From: Hypanus sabinus
Lineage: Eukaryota
Length of the DNA stretch: 64,000 nucleotides
Assembly: GCF_030144855.1 (NCBI RefSeq)
Contig: NC_082738.1
Coordinates: 64,976,001-65,040,000 of the forward strand
Direction: 5' to 3'
Made by a program: the position numbers and the translations under genes. The notes beneath the pieces were generated by a model that searched no databases, had not been told where the DNA came from, and was given only the letters and a program-made list of their open reading frames with translations. Shown here piece after piece: positions 1-13,700 of the stretch. Position 1 is the stretch's first letter; every line of letters starts with the position of its first letter.

Positions 1-159
1 AGCATTTTGTGTGTGTTGCTCTGGATTTCCAGCAGCTGCAGAACCTCTTGTGTTTGTGGTAACATATTCATACATTAGTAATAAAATTTTACTTTGACAA
101 ACATGTCAGGATGATCACACTTCACCAGAATGGGAAGAGCATTTCCAACACTAAGTGTC

Positions 160-545
160 CTGTACATTTGGGAGTTTAGAAGAACAAGGGGGGGGGGAAT
201 CTCAATGAAACCTATCAAACATTGAAAAGCCTAGAAAAAGTGGATGTGGAGAGGATGTTTCCAATAGTGAGGAAGTGTAGGACCATAGGGCACAGCCTTA
301 GAATAGAAGGATGCCACTTTAAAACGTAGGTAAGGAGGTATTTATTTAGCCAGAGGGTGGTAAATCTGTGGAATTCATTACCACAGATGGCTGTGAAGGC
401 CAGTTCATTGGGGATGTTTAAGAGCATCAAAGGTTACAGCAAGGAGGAGGATAATGGTGTTGAGAAGGATAATAAATCAGCCATGGTTGAATGGCAGAGC
501 AGACTCAATGGGCTAATCGCCCTAATTTGCTCCTACGTCTTATAT
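160..545 (+). mobile_element. CR1 LINE 3' fragment
   Basis: Degenerate RGHSLRI...RVVNLWNSLP C-terminal ORF2 motif plus CR1 3'UTR. Confidence 0.8.
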
Positions 546-1593
546 GAAATTTGCAGTTTCCCTATGGAGTGCGCCTCCACAGTTCGGTAATCCATTTACA
601 CTCACTGTGAGGCCAAACTCATGCGTAAGGAATGGTCACTTAAGTATTACAACACTGCTGGCATCTGCCAAGTGAACGCAGGCAACAGCGGGACAATAGA
701 TGCCTGGACGCTGGTGGGTGTGTGTGTTAAAATAAGTCTTTTGTAAAAAGATGGATTCCCACAGTCTTTACAGGATCTTTGTACAGTGAACCAGAAATAA
801 GAGTTAAAATTTCTCAATAAATCCTCCACCACTGAGGAAGAAAAAATAACTAAATAATTAAGGTTTTTGAACCTTATATCCCATTAAAGTTCAGATACTG
901 TTAATCTAGTCAAAATTTTCAAGGAGTTCGAGAAAGTTATAAAGTCTGTTTCTGGCCTTCGTCTCAAAATATTCCTTTAACCGAAAATAAGCTCTTTGGA
1001 AACTACCAAGTATTTCTCTTTCGTTTTAAAGAAAGGAGAAGAGCTCTGATTATCTTTTTTAAAAAACGTTTTGATATAGGGCTTTACGCAGGCCCTCAAA
1101 AACAATTTAAACTTTTTATTTAAAAAAAACTCTTTCAGGTCCGATTTTAAAGCGTAACGCTTGATAAATGGACCCACGCCCTCCAAGCAGCCTTATCTCG
1201 AATAAAACGTTCAATTTTTGCAACGCCCTACCGACCTGTATTGATTTTTGAGATTTAAATGAAACATGTCTGAAATAATTTACATCAAAAATGAAGATTT
1301 AATTCCCAGACGAACGAGATACAAACACAGATAGTAAAGCCTTGTAAGGGAGGAAGCCTTGAATACTTTCTTGAAAAACAAACACTTTTATAAAATCTCC
1401 TTAAAAAAAAGTCTTCAGATCTTCACGTATGGAAATTGATTTTACTTTGGGTCTTGGGTCCGAAAAAGAAAAAGGGTGGTTTGATATACTTCCGCCTTCT
1501 TGGCGCCTTCAACGGTGAGAAGGTTCCGAAATATAACGAGTGAGAAAAAGCAGCGGAAATCATGACAGGCTTTCGCTACAATTTTCCACAGGG

Positions 1594-1730
1594 AAATGCC
1601 GAGTTACAGTTGGTTATGGTGTCTGCCGGGCTACAGTTTCCTCATGTAACTGCCAGGCTCTAGTTTACTACAATGAAACTGTCGAGCTATAGTTTGTTAC
1701 AGCGAAACTGACTTGCTATAATGTAGCTGA
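1594..1730. repeat. Degenerate tandem repeat of about 28 bp (about 5 units) in LASP1 intron 1
   Basis: Units such as aactgccaggctctagtttactacaatga and aactgtcgagctatagtttgttacagcga repeat head-to-tail. Confidence 0.6.
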
Positions 1731-1777
1731 TCAAGTGGACCCCGGAGCACGCGACCATCGTGTCGATTTCAGCTCAC

Positions 1778-1846
1778 CTTGTCCAGGCAGTTGACTTTTT
1801 CGGTCGGATAGACGATTTTTTTACATCTAGCGCACGGAGGATTCAT
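1778..1846 (-). CDS. LASP1: LIM and SH3 domain protein 1, coding exon 1 ([23 protein letters not shown]); the rest of the gene lies left of the window
   Basis: ATG at 1846-1844, 23 codons matching the LASP1 N-terminal LIM start, followed by a GTGAGC splice donor at 1777. Divergent neighbour of RPL23, as in mammals. Confidence 0.93.
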
Positions 1847-2230
1847 TTTACAGGCTTTTTTTTGTTTGTTGCCTCTCCCGTTTTCTAGCTGCAGTTCGGT
1901 CTTTCCAAATGTCTGAATATTTCCCACTTTTTTTCTCGCTCCCTCGGTCTGATTACCTCCTTCCGCTTCTATGTGAAGCAGTTTTCTCTCTGATCTAATG
2001 AGGGAATAAACAGGAGGGGCCCCTGAGAACGAGCCCTGAAGAAACTGCACGTCGAAAAAGGGTTGGGTCTGGCGAGCGGGGGGGGGGGGGTGAGAGATTC
2101 TGAAGGAGCGCGCACGCTGTTCGAAGACGCACACGCTCAGAAAATGGAAGAGGACTTGTTAGGCAGGCGACAATTCTGCAAGACGGTATAAACCCTTCAA
2201 ACAATACGCCACAAACAATCCAGAACGGAT
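1847..2230 (-). promoter_or_regulatory. LASP1 5'UTR/promoter region, CpG-enriched
   Basis: Immediately upstream of the LASP1 ATG, locally rich in CpG with a G-run at about 2077-2090. TSS not determinable. Confidence 0.5.
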
Positions 2231-2494
2231 TGTGCTCGGCTTATGTGTGTCATTTTTGTTTGAAGATCATGTCAGCTAAAGTAACTTTTATTTATTAAAA
2301 TACATAAAGGAACATTGTTATGTTAGTAACCACAGGTGTGTTCAAAGACCGAGGCTGCACTGATAACGAAAGTATTTTTAATATTTATTCGTGTATCAAA
2401 ATCTAGGCGTTGCTGACCAAGTCAATAATCATTATCGGTCGCTAGCTGTTCTTAAGAAAGCGGCATTGAACCACATATTTTAACCCTTGTAAAG

Positions 2495-2805
2495 ACACTA
2501 CCTCAAAAAGGCAGCATCCGTTATTAAGGACCCTCACCATCAAAGACATGCCCTTTTCTCATTGCTACCATCAGGGAGAAGGACGCACACTCAACGTTTT
2601 AGAAACAGTTTTTTCCCCTCCACCATTAGCTTTCTGAACGGTCCATGCACCCACGAACACCACCTCACTATTTTTGCTTTAGTTTTGCACTACTTAATTT
2701 TTTTCCTATATATATATTTATTGTAATAGTATTTTTATGTCTTACACCGTACTGCCGCCGCAAAACAACAAATTTCACAACATGTCATAATAATAAATCT
2801 GATTC
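2495..2805 (+). mobile_element. Rex1/Babar-like LINE 3' fragment
   Basis: KKAASVIKDPHH..HALFSLLPSG motif, then a 3' tail ending aataaatctgattcgaattc. Confidence 0.6.
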
Positions 2806-3319
2806 GAATTCGGAGAGCTGTACAGCACAGAAACAGGCCTTACGACCCAGCATGTTACTCATGTATACTATCCCCATTTGCCGACAACCGGCGCCAGGGA
2901 ATTCCTACAACGCTGATGGGTAAGGGGTTCTAAGATTTTAAATTAGCGGCCAAGAAGGAACAAACATATTTCCAACGCATGAGTGTAAGGCAGTTACAGG
3001 TGCTGGTGTGGGATGGTCAAAAGGGAAGTTTTGTTTTGACAAAGCACGTGGGTTAGGGCTAATGATTCTTGACCTCTGGGGCATGTTATAGCTATTGCGT
3101 CATTAATGATTTGCCTTCGCCTCCGTGGACCTTAAACTCTGTAATTAATTTCCTAATTCCCAAGTCACACCCTCCTTTAAAAAGCGCTTTTAAAGTCAGC
3201 CTCGTTGACTGAACCCCTCTTAAATGGGTCTGTCAAATTCCCCCTTTTGAATACAGTCCTGTGAACTATTTGGCCATGTTTCCCTACTTTACCCCAGACA
3301 CTATATGTTGTTTGGGAAC

Positions 3320-4125
3320 TCCCAGTTGCCTGACATTATAATTCCACTTCCCATTCTCACGCAGGTCTGTCCACAGCCTCACCCACTGCCAAATTGAGGC
3401 TAAATGCAGATTAGAAGAACAGCACTTCATGCTCCATTTTGGTAGTCTCCAAAATGGCATGTATAGATTGCTCCAACTTCTGTCAACCCCTCATCTCTGT
3501 CCCTTTTTTTTACCTTATCCAACCATTTCCATCATCCCATTTCTTTCCTCTTCCAAGCCCTCTAGATCTGTACATCACCCATGGATTCTTCTCTCTGGTT
3601 CCCCTCCTTCCCTTTATTCCATGGTCCTTCAATGGCTTATCTTCTTAAATGTTCATATGATCCTCTCCTATTAGATTCTTCAGCCCTTTGTCACTCCCAG
3701 CAAAAAGCTCTAATTTATTTAAATTGAGAGGTACAGCATAGTTACTGGCCCAGCGAGCCCCTGTGTACCTATGTGACCAATTAACCTACTCACCCACTCT
3801 TTGGACTGTGGGAGGAAATCCATGGTGTCATGGAGAGAACATACAAACTTCTTACAGATAGTAGCAGGAATTAAACATGGGTTACTAGAGCTGTAATAGT
3901 GTTACACTAACCACTACGCTACTGTGTCACACCACTTTTTCCACTCTTCCTACCTTTTTTATGCAGTCCATCCCCTCTCTTTCTTTCTAGGCTCGATGAA
4001 GGGACTCAATGTGAAATGCTGACTTGTCTTACTTCTGTCCATAGATGCAGCCTGACCCGTTGAGTTCCTCCAACTTTTTGTGTGTTGCTTCGATTTCCAG
4101 CATATGCAGAATCTCTTGCATTTCT
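3320..4125 (+). mobile_element. Degenerate Penelope-like fragments (interrupted by a SINE)
   Basis: RLEEQH.M..FGSLQ-type C-terminal remnant at about 3410-3460, and the typical gatgaaggg...gaaa...cctgacc..tgagttcctcca..ttttgtgtgttgc terminus at about 3995-4090. Confidence 0.5.
3720..3930 (-). mobile_element. V-SINE/HE1-like SINE
   Basis: Reverse complement of the ggtttcctcccacagtccaaaga V-domain and tRNA-like head. Confidence 0.55.
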
Positions 4126-4439
4126 GATTCTGGGTTTGTCCACTAATGAAGCAAAATAATAAAAGTTGCCTTTGGACAACTTTGGGGGCAGATTTTTAAA
4201 AAAAATAAGGTTAAATGAAATAAAGTCTAAGTTTAACTAGCAGTGAGTTATATATGGGCTTTGAGACAGAAGTCATGAGTCTTTAATCTTAGTAACAACT
4301 TGAATATGCAAACTCTGCACTTCTGTTTTTCTCATGGGGAGAGCATCCAAACTCCTTACAGACAGTAGGTGAACTGAATCCAAGTCAGTGGCACAACAAA
4401 AGTGCTAAGCTAATTGATATGATTCCATGTTACCCAACT

Positions 4440-4650
4440 GCACAGTACTATAGCAGAGCCAAAACCGGGGTTCAATTCCCACCATAAGGAGTTTATACAC
4501 TCTCCCTTTGAACACGTGAGTTTCCACCCGCATTCCAAAGACATGAGTTAGTAGCTTAATTGGTCACGTGGGTGTAATTGGGCACCATGGGCTCAAGGAG
4601 CTGGAAGGATCTGTTACAATGCTGTATCTCTAAATAAAATTTTAAAATAA
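4440..4650 (+). mobile_element. V-SINE/HE1-like SINE
   Basis: B-box ggttcaattcc, V-domain remnant, ctgtatctctaaataaaa tail. Confidence 0.55.
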
Positions 4651-4997
4651 AATAATTGACCCGCTATCTTCTAAATAAAAAATAAATGCAGGAAATGTGA
4701 AATAAAAGCAGTGAATGCTGGAAATACTCAACAGGTCAGGCAGCAACTGTGGAAAGAGGAACAAAGTTAACACTTCAGGTCAAAGCCCCTTAGTCAGACC
4801 TGAAGGTAAAGTAAATGTATATCACCATATATATCATTGAGATTTGTTTTCTTGTGGGCATTCCCAGTAAATACAAAGAAACATAACAGAGTCAATAAAA
4901 AACTGCACACAAAGATGGACTAACAAACAATGTATAAAAGACAACAAATTGTGCAAATATTAATAAAACAAAATAATAATAAATAATATTGAGAACA

Positions 4998-5640
4998 CTT
5001 GCTTATAAGTTTGCAGAGATTCAGCATGACATCAAAAACTTTGACAAACTTCTACAGATGTGTCATGGAAAGTGTACTGACTGGCTGCATTACAGCCTGG
5101 TATGGAAACACCAATGCCTTTGAACAGAAACTCCTACAAAAGGCAATGGATTCAGCCCGGTACATCACAGGTAACACCCTCCCAACCATTGAGCGTATTT
5201 ACATGAAACACTGTCATAGAAAAACAGCATCCATCATCAAAGATCCTCACCACCCAGACCATGCTCTTTTCTCCCTGCTACCACCAGGTAGAAGGTACAG
5301 ATGCCTCACAACTCACACCACCAGGTTCAAGAACAGTTACTATTCCTCAACCATCAGGCTCTTGAACAAAAGGGGATAACTACACTCACTTGCCCATCCA
5401 TTGAGATGTTCCCACAACCAATGATCTCACTTTAAGGACTCTTTATCTCATGTTCTCGTTATTTATTGCTATTCATTTGTATTTACATAGTTTGCTGTCA
5501 TCTGTACTCTGGTTAATCTTTCATTGCTCGTTTTATAGTTACTATTCTATAGTTTTGCTGAGTATGCCAGCAGGAAAATAAATCTCAGGGTTGTATGTGT
5601 TACATATGTGTACTCTGATAATAAATTTTACTTTGAACTT
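4998..5640 (+). mobile_element. Rex1/Babar-like LINE 3' end
   Basis: ORF 4999-5379 reads NFYRCVMESVLTGCITAWYG...IIKDPHHP..LFSLLP.GRRYR..TTRFKNSY, then 3'UTR with an aataaattttactttgaacttt tail. Confidence 0.8.
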
Positions 5641-5699
5641 TAAACATGAGTTGTAGAGTCTTTGAAAGTGAGACCATAGGTTGTGGAATGAGCTCATTG

Positions 5700-6015
5700 T
5701 TAGAGTGAGTGAAGTTACCTCTTCTGGTTCAAGAGACAGAAGGGTAGTAATGGTTCCTGAACCTGGTGGTATGGATCCTAAGGCTCCTTTTCATGGCATC
5801 AGTGAGAAGAGAGCATGGGCTGGGCGACTGGGTTCCTTGATGATGGATGCTGCTTTTCTATGGCAGCGCTCCTTATAGATGGTGGGGAGGGCTTTATCTG
5901 TGGTGGACTGGGCCATATCCACTACTTTAAATAGGCCTTTCCAGGCCATGATGCAATCTCTCAAGATACTCTCCACCACACATCTATGGAAGTTTGTCAA
6001 AGTTTTAGATGACTT
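5700..6015 (-). mobile_element. Rex1/Babar-like LINE fragment
   Basis: ORF 5791-6000: NFHRCVVESIL..CIMAW...KAASIIKEP..HALFSL. Confidence 0.7.
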
Positions 6016-7009
6016 TCAACACAACAATACAACTATAAATACTGCAGTGAGCACAAAATAATAGAACAGCACAAAAATTGTAATGCACTGTGAAGTAGTG
6101 CAAAAATAAAAGTAAAAGTGACAATAACAAGACTAGACTAATAAGAAAAATAACAAGACTAATAACAGAGGTGGAATTTCAAGTCCAAGAACATGGCATC
6201 CTCACTGGGGAATGAAATGTGAAAGAGGTGATTGGTTCAGAAGTCCGACAGCAGCGGGGAAGAAGCTATTATTGTGTCTGGTTGTCTGGGCTTTCCTGCT
6301 TCTGTATATTCTCTCAGAAATTGAGCTCAAATTTAATTGTCATTCATCCATCCATGCATATGTATACAGCTAAATGAGATGTCGTTCCTCCGGGTCCAAG
6401 GTGCAAAACACAGTACATACAGTCACACACAGCATACACTGTATAGTTGCAACAGCACAGTCTCTTCATCTTAAGCCCATCACCTCTACTAGGTCAAGGC
6501 CGCCAACAACAGCTCACCAGAATCCTTGGACCTGGGCCGATCAGCCCTGTGGCTTCCCCTTTCACCACGCAACTTCGTACATCGATAAAGATCCTTCCTC
6601 TTCCAGGGATGAGGTCTTTAGAACTTCTGTTGGTATTTCTGCAGCTCTGGGCATTTATTGGGTGGGGTTGCTCACCCTCATCCTTTTGCAGCTAGGCTTG
6701 GGACAGTCCACGCAAAGTTCTTGGGATAATCGGTCACTGTAAATTGTCCTGTCATTAGGCTAGTGATAAATAGATGTGTTGCTGGGCAGTGCAACTTGTT
6801 GGGCCAAAATTCTAAAATACCCAGTAAACAAAGCAGAGTTGCTGAGGCGATTATTAGTTTTAAATTTCTATTTATCCAGGCATGTCATAGATCTATAGAG
6901 CCATGGATGTTACTTTATAGAAGTTTCAACTGAAAGCTTTACAAGTACAATAAGCTCTGATGTCTTTGGACTATTAGATGTTGCTCCTATTAATCAAACA
7001 TCTGGGGTG

Positions 7010-7215
7010 GCCTTGTTCAATTCCTGCTGCTGTCTGTAAGGAGTTGGTATATTCGCCCCGTGACTGTGTGGGTTTCCTCTGGGTGCTCTGGTTTCCTCCC
7101 ACAGTCCAAAGATGTCTGGGTTATGTGGTCCCATGAGTGTAATTGGCTGATGTGGTCTTGTTGGGCTGGAAGGGCCTGTAACTGTGCTGTATCTCTAAAT
7201 AAAATTAAAATAAAA
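7010..7215 (+). mobile_element. V-SINE/HE1-like SINE
   Basis: gggtttcctctgggtgctctggtttcctcccacagtccaaagatgt V-domain and ctctaaataaaa tail. Confidence 0.65.
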
Positions 7216-7326
7216 ATCTTTCTTAATGCACTTTCTTAATTCTTCATGGAAGGTCTCAACTTAAAACATCAACTAAGCCCTTTGCTTCTTGACATGCTAT
7301 CTGACCTGAGTTGCTGCAGCAGTTCA

Positions 7327-9812
7327 CAAGACAAAGGAGCAGAAGTAGGCCATTCAGCCCATCGAGTCTGCTCTGCCACTCCACCATGAGCTAAACTATT
7401 CTCCCATCTAGTTCCAATTTCCAGCTTTTTCCCCATATCCCTTGATACCCTAACTAATTAGATACCTATCAATCTCGTCCTCAAACACCCTCAATGATCG
7501 GGCCTCCACAGCTGTATGTGGCAATGAATTCCATAAATCCACGACCCTCTGGCTAAAAAACTTTCTCCTCATCTCTGTTTTAAATGGGTACCCTCTAATT
7601 CTAAGACTGTGGCCTCTTGTCCTGGACTCACCCACCAAGGGAAACAGCCTTTCCACATCTACTCTGTCCAACCCTTTCAACATTCGAAATGTTTCTATCA
7701 GATCCCCTCTCATTCTTCTATACTCTAATGAATACAGTCCAGGAGCCATTAAACACTCCTCATGTGTTAGTCCCTGCATTCCAGGAATCATCCTAGTGAA
7801 TCTTCTGTGAACTCTCTCCAACATCAGTACATCCCTTCTAAGATAGGGGGCCCAAAACTGCACACAATATTCCAAAAGAGGTCTCACCAGTGCCCCATGG
7901 TGCCTCATCAACACCTCCTTACTCTTATACACAATTCCTCTAGAAATTAATGCCAACATAGCATTCGTTTTCCTTACTGCCGATCCAACCTGGTGGTTAA
8001 CGTTTAGGGTATCCTACACGAGGACCCCCAAGTCCCTTCGCACTTCTGATTTTTGAATTTTCCCCCCCATCTAAATAATGATCTGCCCAATTATTTCTTC
8101 TTCCAAAATGTACAACCTTACATTTCTCAACATTGTATCTCATCTGCCATTTCTTTGCCCACTCTCCTAAACTGACCAAGTCTCTCTGCAACCTTTCCGT
8201 TTCTTCAACACTTCCTGCTCCTCCACCTATCTTGGTGTCATCCGCAAACTTAGCCACAAAACCATTTAATCCACAATCTAAATCATCGATATACAGTGTA
8301 AAAAGAGGCGGCCCCAACACCAACCCCTACAGAACACCACTAGTGACCGGCAACCAACCAGAATAGGATCCCTGTATTCCCACTCTTTGCTTTCTGCCTA
8401 TCAGCCAATACTCCACCCATTTCAATATCCTTCCTGTAATTCCATGGGCCCTTATCTTACTACGCAGCCTCTTATGCGGCACCTTATCAAAGGCCTTTTG
8501 AAAATCCAAATACACTACATCCAGGGCCTCTCCCTTGTCAATCTTACTTGAGATTACCTCAAAATATTCCAATAGGTTGGTGAGGCAGGATCTTCCCTTC
8601 ATGAAACCATGCTGGCTTGGGCCTATCTTGTCATGCACCTCGAGGTATTTCATAACCTCATCCTTGAGGACTGACTCCAATAACTTTCCAACTACCAATG
8701 TCAGACTAATAGGTCTGTAATTTTCTTTTTGCTGCCTCCCTCCTTTCTTAAACAGCTGAACTACATTTGCAACCTTCCAGTCCTCCGGAACCATGCCAGC
8801 ATCTATTGATTCCTGGAAGATCATCTCCAATGCCTCCACAATCTCCAAAGCCACCTCTTTCAGACCCGTGGGTGCACCTCATCTGGTCTGGGAGACTTAT
8901 CTATCCTTAGTCCATTTAGCTTCCCAAGCACTTTCTCTCTAGTAATCTTGGCTGTACCTAATTCTATTTCCTCAGACCTCTGGCTATCAGGTATGTTGCT
9001 AATGTCTTCCACTGTGAAGACTGATGCAGAACTAATTTAGTTCCTCTGCCATCTCTTTGTTACCCATTATAATTTCTCCAGCATCATTTCCAATCAGTCC
9101 TATATCTACCTGTGTCACTCTTTTACTCTTCATATATTTAAAAAACTCTTAGTATCCTTTTTTATGTTAATTGCCAACTTCCTTTCATAATTCATCTTTT
9201 CTTTCCTAATGACTTTCTTAGTTTCCTTCTGTAAGTTTTTAAAAGTCATCCAGTCCTCAGTTTTCCCATTAATTTTTGCTTCCTCGTACGCTGTCTCTTT
9301 TGCTTTTATTTTATCCTTAACCTCTCTCGTTAGCTACATTTGTGCCATTTTTCCATTCATGATTTTCTTTTTTCTTGGAGTATATTTTTCCTGCACTTTC
9401 CTTATTTCTTGTAGGAATTTCATCCAATTCTACTCTTCCGTCCCTCCATCTAGCTTATTTTTCCAATCAACTTGGGCCAGTTCCTCTTTCATATCACTGT
9501 AATTTCCTTTGTTCCACTGAAATATTGATACACCTGATACCAGCTTCTCCTTTTCAAATTTGAAACTGAACTCAATCATATTATGATCACTACTTCCAAG
9601 GGGTTCCATTACCTCTAGCTCCCTAATTGCCTCTGGTTCATCACACAGCACCCAATCCAAAACGGCCGATCCCCTGGTGGGCTTATGGACAAGCTGCTCC
9701 AAAAAGCCATCCCATAGGCATTCTACAAGCTCCCTCCCCTGAGATCCAGTACCTTCCTGACTTTCCCAATCCACTTTCATATTAAAATCCCCCAGAATTA
9801 TCTTGACATTTT
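7327..9812 (-). mobile_element. CR1 LINE, 5'-truncated, disrupted ORF2 (partial APE plus RT)
   Basis: ORF pieces: ILGDFN/SSDHN (APE), [36 protein letters not shown]. Confidence 0.92.
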
Positions 9813-12448
9813 CCTTCTGACATTGGGCTAGCCACACCGTTTGCATGCTGACATTGTCTACCTGCACATATGTGATCCACATCTCTCCGTTCCCTATATG
9901 TTTCTGTGCCTGTGAAATGTCTCTCAAATTTCAAATTTCATATCTGCTTCCAGCACCTTTCTTAGCAACACATTCCCAGCACCTACCACCAAAAAATCCT
10001 TCCCCCGCCCCCACATCTTCAAACTCCACACCCCTCCCCTACACCCCACCGACCTTAAAGCTATGCCCTCTCCACATAACCTACTCGGCTCCAAGGAGAA
10101 AATTATCTATATACAGTGAGTCTTAAATCTTAATAAAACCGCCACTTGAATAAACAATCTCTGGGCATATTCCTGTCTGTTTCATTCCACTTCCATCCAT
10201 CTCCAAATACTCTGCCCAGTTTAACATCCTTTTAAACAGGTCTTAAGAATCAGGATTAATATCATTGGCATATGTTGTGAAATTTGTTATCTTGTGAAGA
10301 CACTCAGTGTTTTAGAAACAGCTTCTTCCCCTTGACTATCAGACTTCTGAATGGACAAATGAACGCATGTACACAAACTCACTATTATTGCTCTGTTTTT
10401 ACACACCTTAATTAATTTAAAATTTCATATATAAACATTTCTTCTTATCACACAGATTTTTAAAGATCTCATTAATGTCATGAAATGTCCCAATCTAGTG
10501 CAGTAACTGAATGCTGGGAGACTTGGGAGCTTCAATAACTGAAACCAGTAGCATGCCAGTCAGTGCAACACTTTACATCATCATTAATTACGGTTCAATT
10601 CCCTTCACTGTGAGGAGTTTGTACATTCTCCCCGTGACTGCGTGGGTTTCCTCCTATATACCAAAGATTTGTTAGTAACTTCTGGGAGTACATACTGAGG
10701 GACACACTGAGGCTTCGAGCAGTCACAGCAAGAGTTCAGTGGTGAAGGATCAGAGTGTAGGGTCCAGAGATCATAAGACATAAGATCAGAATCAAGCCAT
10801 GTGGCCCAACAAGTTTGCTCTGATGTTCCATCATGGCTGATTTATTATCCCTCTCAACCCCATGCTCCTGCCTTCTCCACATAACCTTTGACGTCCTTAC
10901 TAATCACAAACCTATCTCCCTCTGCTTTAAACATAACCAATGACTGTCGTCTGTGGCAATGAATTCCATAGATTCACCACCCTCTGACTAAAGAATACCT
11001 CCTCATCTCTACTAAAAATGGATGTCTCTCTATTCTTCTGCTACTGGAGTTGGAGGGGCTGGGTTGGGTGAAGAAGCCCCTCAACTATCGTAGTAGTGTA
11101 TGACCCCAGAAAGCCATATGTGTGGCAGCAGTGTTATTGATGTGTCGGGATGTAATAGAACAGTACTGAAAGCATTCACTATGAATGTAAAGAATGAAAA
11201 GGCACTCCGTTTATTCTTGTAAATAGTTTTATTATGAATGAAGTTTATTTTGATCAAAAAAATGTTGTGAGAATGCTATGTTGGCAGTGGAAGCATGTCA
11301 ACAATTGCTGGCAGCCCCCAGCACATCCTTGGACTGTATTGGTTGAGACACAAACAATGCATTTCACTGTATGTTTTGATATACAAGTGACAAATAAAGT
11401 TAATTTTTATCTTTAAAATGATGTGATTGGCAGGTAGTAACCTTGGCTGTGCTTTCCCTCCATCTCTACTGCATGAACTGCCTCACAGCATCTGGGATCA
11501 AACCAGACACTTTAATTTTCTCGACATTCAGTCCAGAAATTATGGATGCAGAAAATTAGCATGTAAATCCAAGATCTGTTCCGATTATTAAACTCAGCGT
11601 GAATGTGATCCACAAATCTGTAATTCTAACTTGTATCAGTGCTTAATCCCTCAAACAGAGTCAGCAGGAACAGAACATAACATGCTGAGCTCTAACCACT
11701 GTGCTTGTTTAATTGCATGGGTAGATTCTGAACTGCAATCACCAATTACAGGCCAGAACTCAAGAGTGCCCCCTTGTAGAAAGAACATTATTTTATTTGC
11801 AAACTAATGTTTTCCCCCCAATTTTAACAGATTCAAATTCAAAATCAAATTCAAGTTTGTTTAATGTCATTTCCAGTACATGAGTGTAAAGGAGGACAAA
11901 ATAATTGTTACTCCGGATCCAATGCAGCACAAAATAAAATACAATAAAATAAAGAACACAATAATAAAGACAATAAATATGAATACATAAGATATCTCAT
12001 ATACACAGGTTGATTGTATGTCCATAAAGTTACGTTGGGCACAGGAGTGTATGCAGAGAAGGTCAGAAAAGCAGAACAATTCCAAACGCCTACTTAGAAG
12101 ATCAACTATTCTTTTTATGAATGAAAATCTATTCTGGCGGTAAGTACCAGTAATGCAGAATATACATTTCCATTTATTTTGCTTTATGTACTTTGCAAAG
12201 ACCACAGCTAGACCAGTGATTCATCCCATTTACCTGTGGGAATCACTAGTCAGTGACACAAAGGAAGTGACTGGGCAGACATGGTAGGTTTAATAAGTTA
12301 ATATAATATTGAATTGTCTCATAATTGACATTGCTAATTCCATTTTAGAGACCCAGATTAATGCATCTCTTTAAGAGAAGTGTTTTAAAAGCTATAAATA
12401 CCCAATTTTGTCAACCACAAAAAAAAGTCCATGATCTACAGTTCAAAC

Positions 12449-13700
12449 TGTTTGACAAACCCTATTGAATTTTTTGAAGAAGTTACGAGGAATGTTGACG
12501 AGGGTAAGGCGGTGGATGTTGTCTATATGGACTTCAGCAAAGCCTTTGACAAAGTTCCACATGGAAGGTTAGTTAAGAAGGTTCAGTCGTTAGGTATTAA
12601 TGCTGGAGTAATAAAATGGATTCAACAGTGGCTAGATGGGAGATGCCAGAGAGTAGTGGTGGATAATTGTTTATGGGGATGGAGGCCGGTGACTAGCGGG
12701 GTGCCTCAGGGATCTGTTTTGGGCCCAATGTTGTTTGTAATATACATAAATGATCTGGATGATGGGTTAGTAAATTGGATTAGTAAGTATGCCGATGATA
12801 CTAAGGTAGGAGGTGTTGTGGATAATGAGGTGGGTTTTCAAAGCTTGCAGGGAGATTTATGCCGGTTAGAAGAATGGGCTGAATGTTGGCAGATGGAGTT
12901 TAATGCTGAGAAGTGTGAGGTTCTACATTTTGGCAGGAATAATCCAAATAGAACATACAGGGTAAATGGTAGGGCATTGAGGAATGCAGTGGAACAGAGA
13001 GATCTAGGAATAACAGTGCATAGTTCCCTGAAGGTGGAATCTCATGTAGATAGGGTGGTGAAGAAGGCTTTTGGAACGCTGGCCTTTATAAATCAGAGAA
13101 CTGAGTACAGAAGTTGGGATGTAATGTTAAAATTGTACAAGGCATTGGTAAGGCCCAATTTGGAATATTGTGTGCAGTTCTGGTCACCGAATTATAGGAA
13201 AGATATCAATAAATTAGAGAGAGTGCAGAGACGATTTACTAGGATGTTACCTGGGTTTCAGCACTTAAGTTACAGAGAAAGGTTGAACAAGTTAGGTCTC
13301 TATTCATTGGAGCGTAGAAGGCTGAGGGGGGATTTGATCGAGGTATTTAAAATTTTGAGAGGGATAGAGTTGACGTGAATAGGCTGTTTCCATTGAGAGT
13401 AGGGGAGATTCAAACGAGAGGACATGATTTGAGAGTTAGGGGGCAGAAGTTTAAGGGAAACACGAGGGGGTATTTCTTTACTCAGAGAGTGATAGCTGTG
13501 TGGAATGAGCTTCCAGTAGAAGTAGTAGAGGCCAGTTCAGTTGTGTCATTTAAGGTAAAATTGGATAGGTATATGGACAGGAAAGGAGGGTTATGGGCTG
13601 AGTGAGGGTAGGTGGGACTAGGTGAGATTAAGAGTTCAGCACGGACTAGGAGGGCCGAGATGGCCTGTTTCCGTGCTGTGATTGTTATATGGTTATATGG
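12449..13700 (+). mobile_element. Young CR1 LINE, 5'-truncated (RT domain plus 3'UTR)
   Basis: ORF 12431-13378 has [19 protein letters not shown] and YADD; (gttatatg)n tail; near-identical to 17218-18483. Confidence 0.95.

Noticed and set aside
1769-2134. 121-aa ORF as the LASP1 N-terminus
   Set aside because: Only the 23 codons from ATG 1846 match LASP1. The upstream part starts at a non-ATG codon in UTR/promoter sequence and the last residues are intronic.
3990-4030. Penelope-type minimal hammerhead ribozyme (also about 22805-22836)
   Set aside because: The CUGAUGA...GAAA core is degenerate in both places (tcgatgaa...gtgaaa; ccagataaa...caaaa), so function cannot be supported.
6374-6742. 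122-aa and other short unassigned ORFs across the window
   Set aside because: No recognisable motifs or exon structure; most are antisense or alternative frames of repeats.
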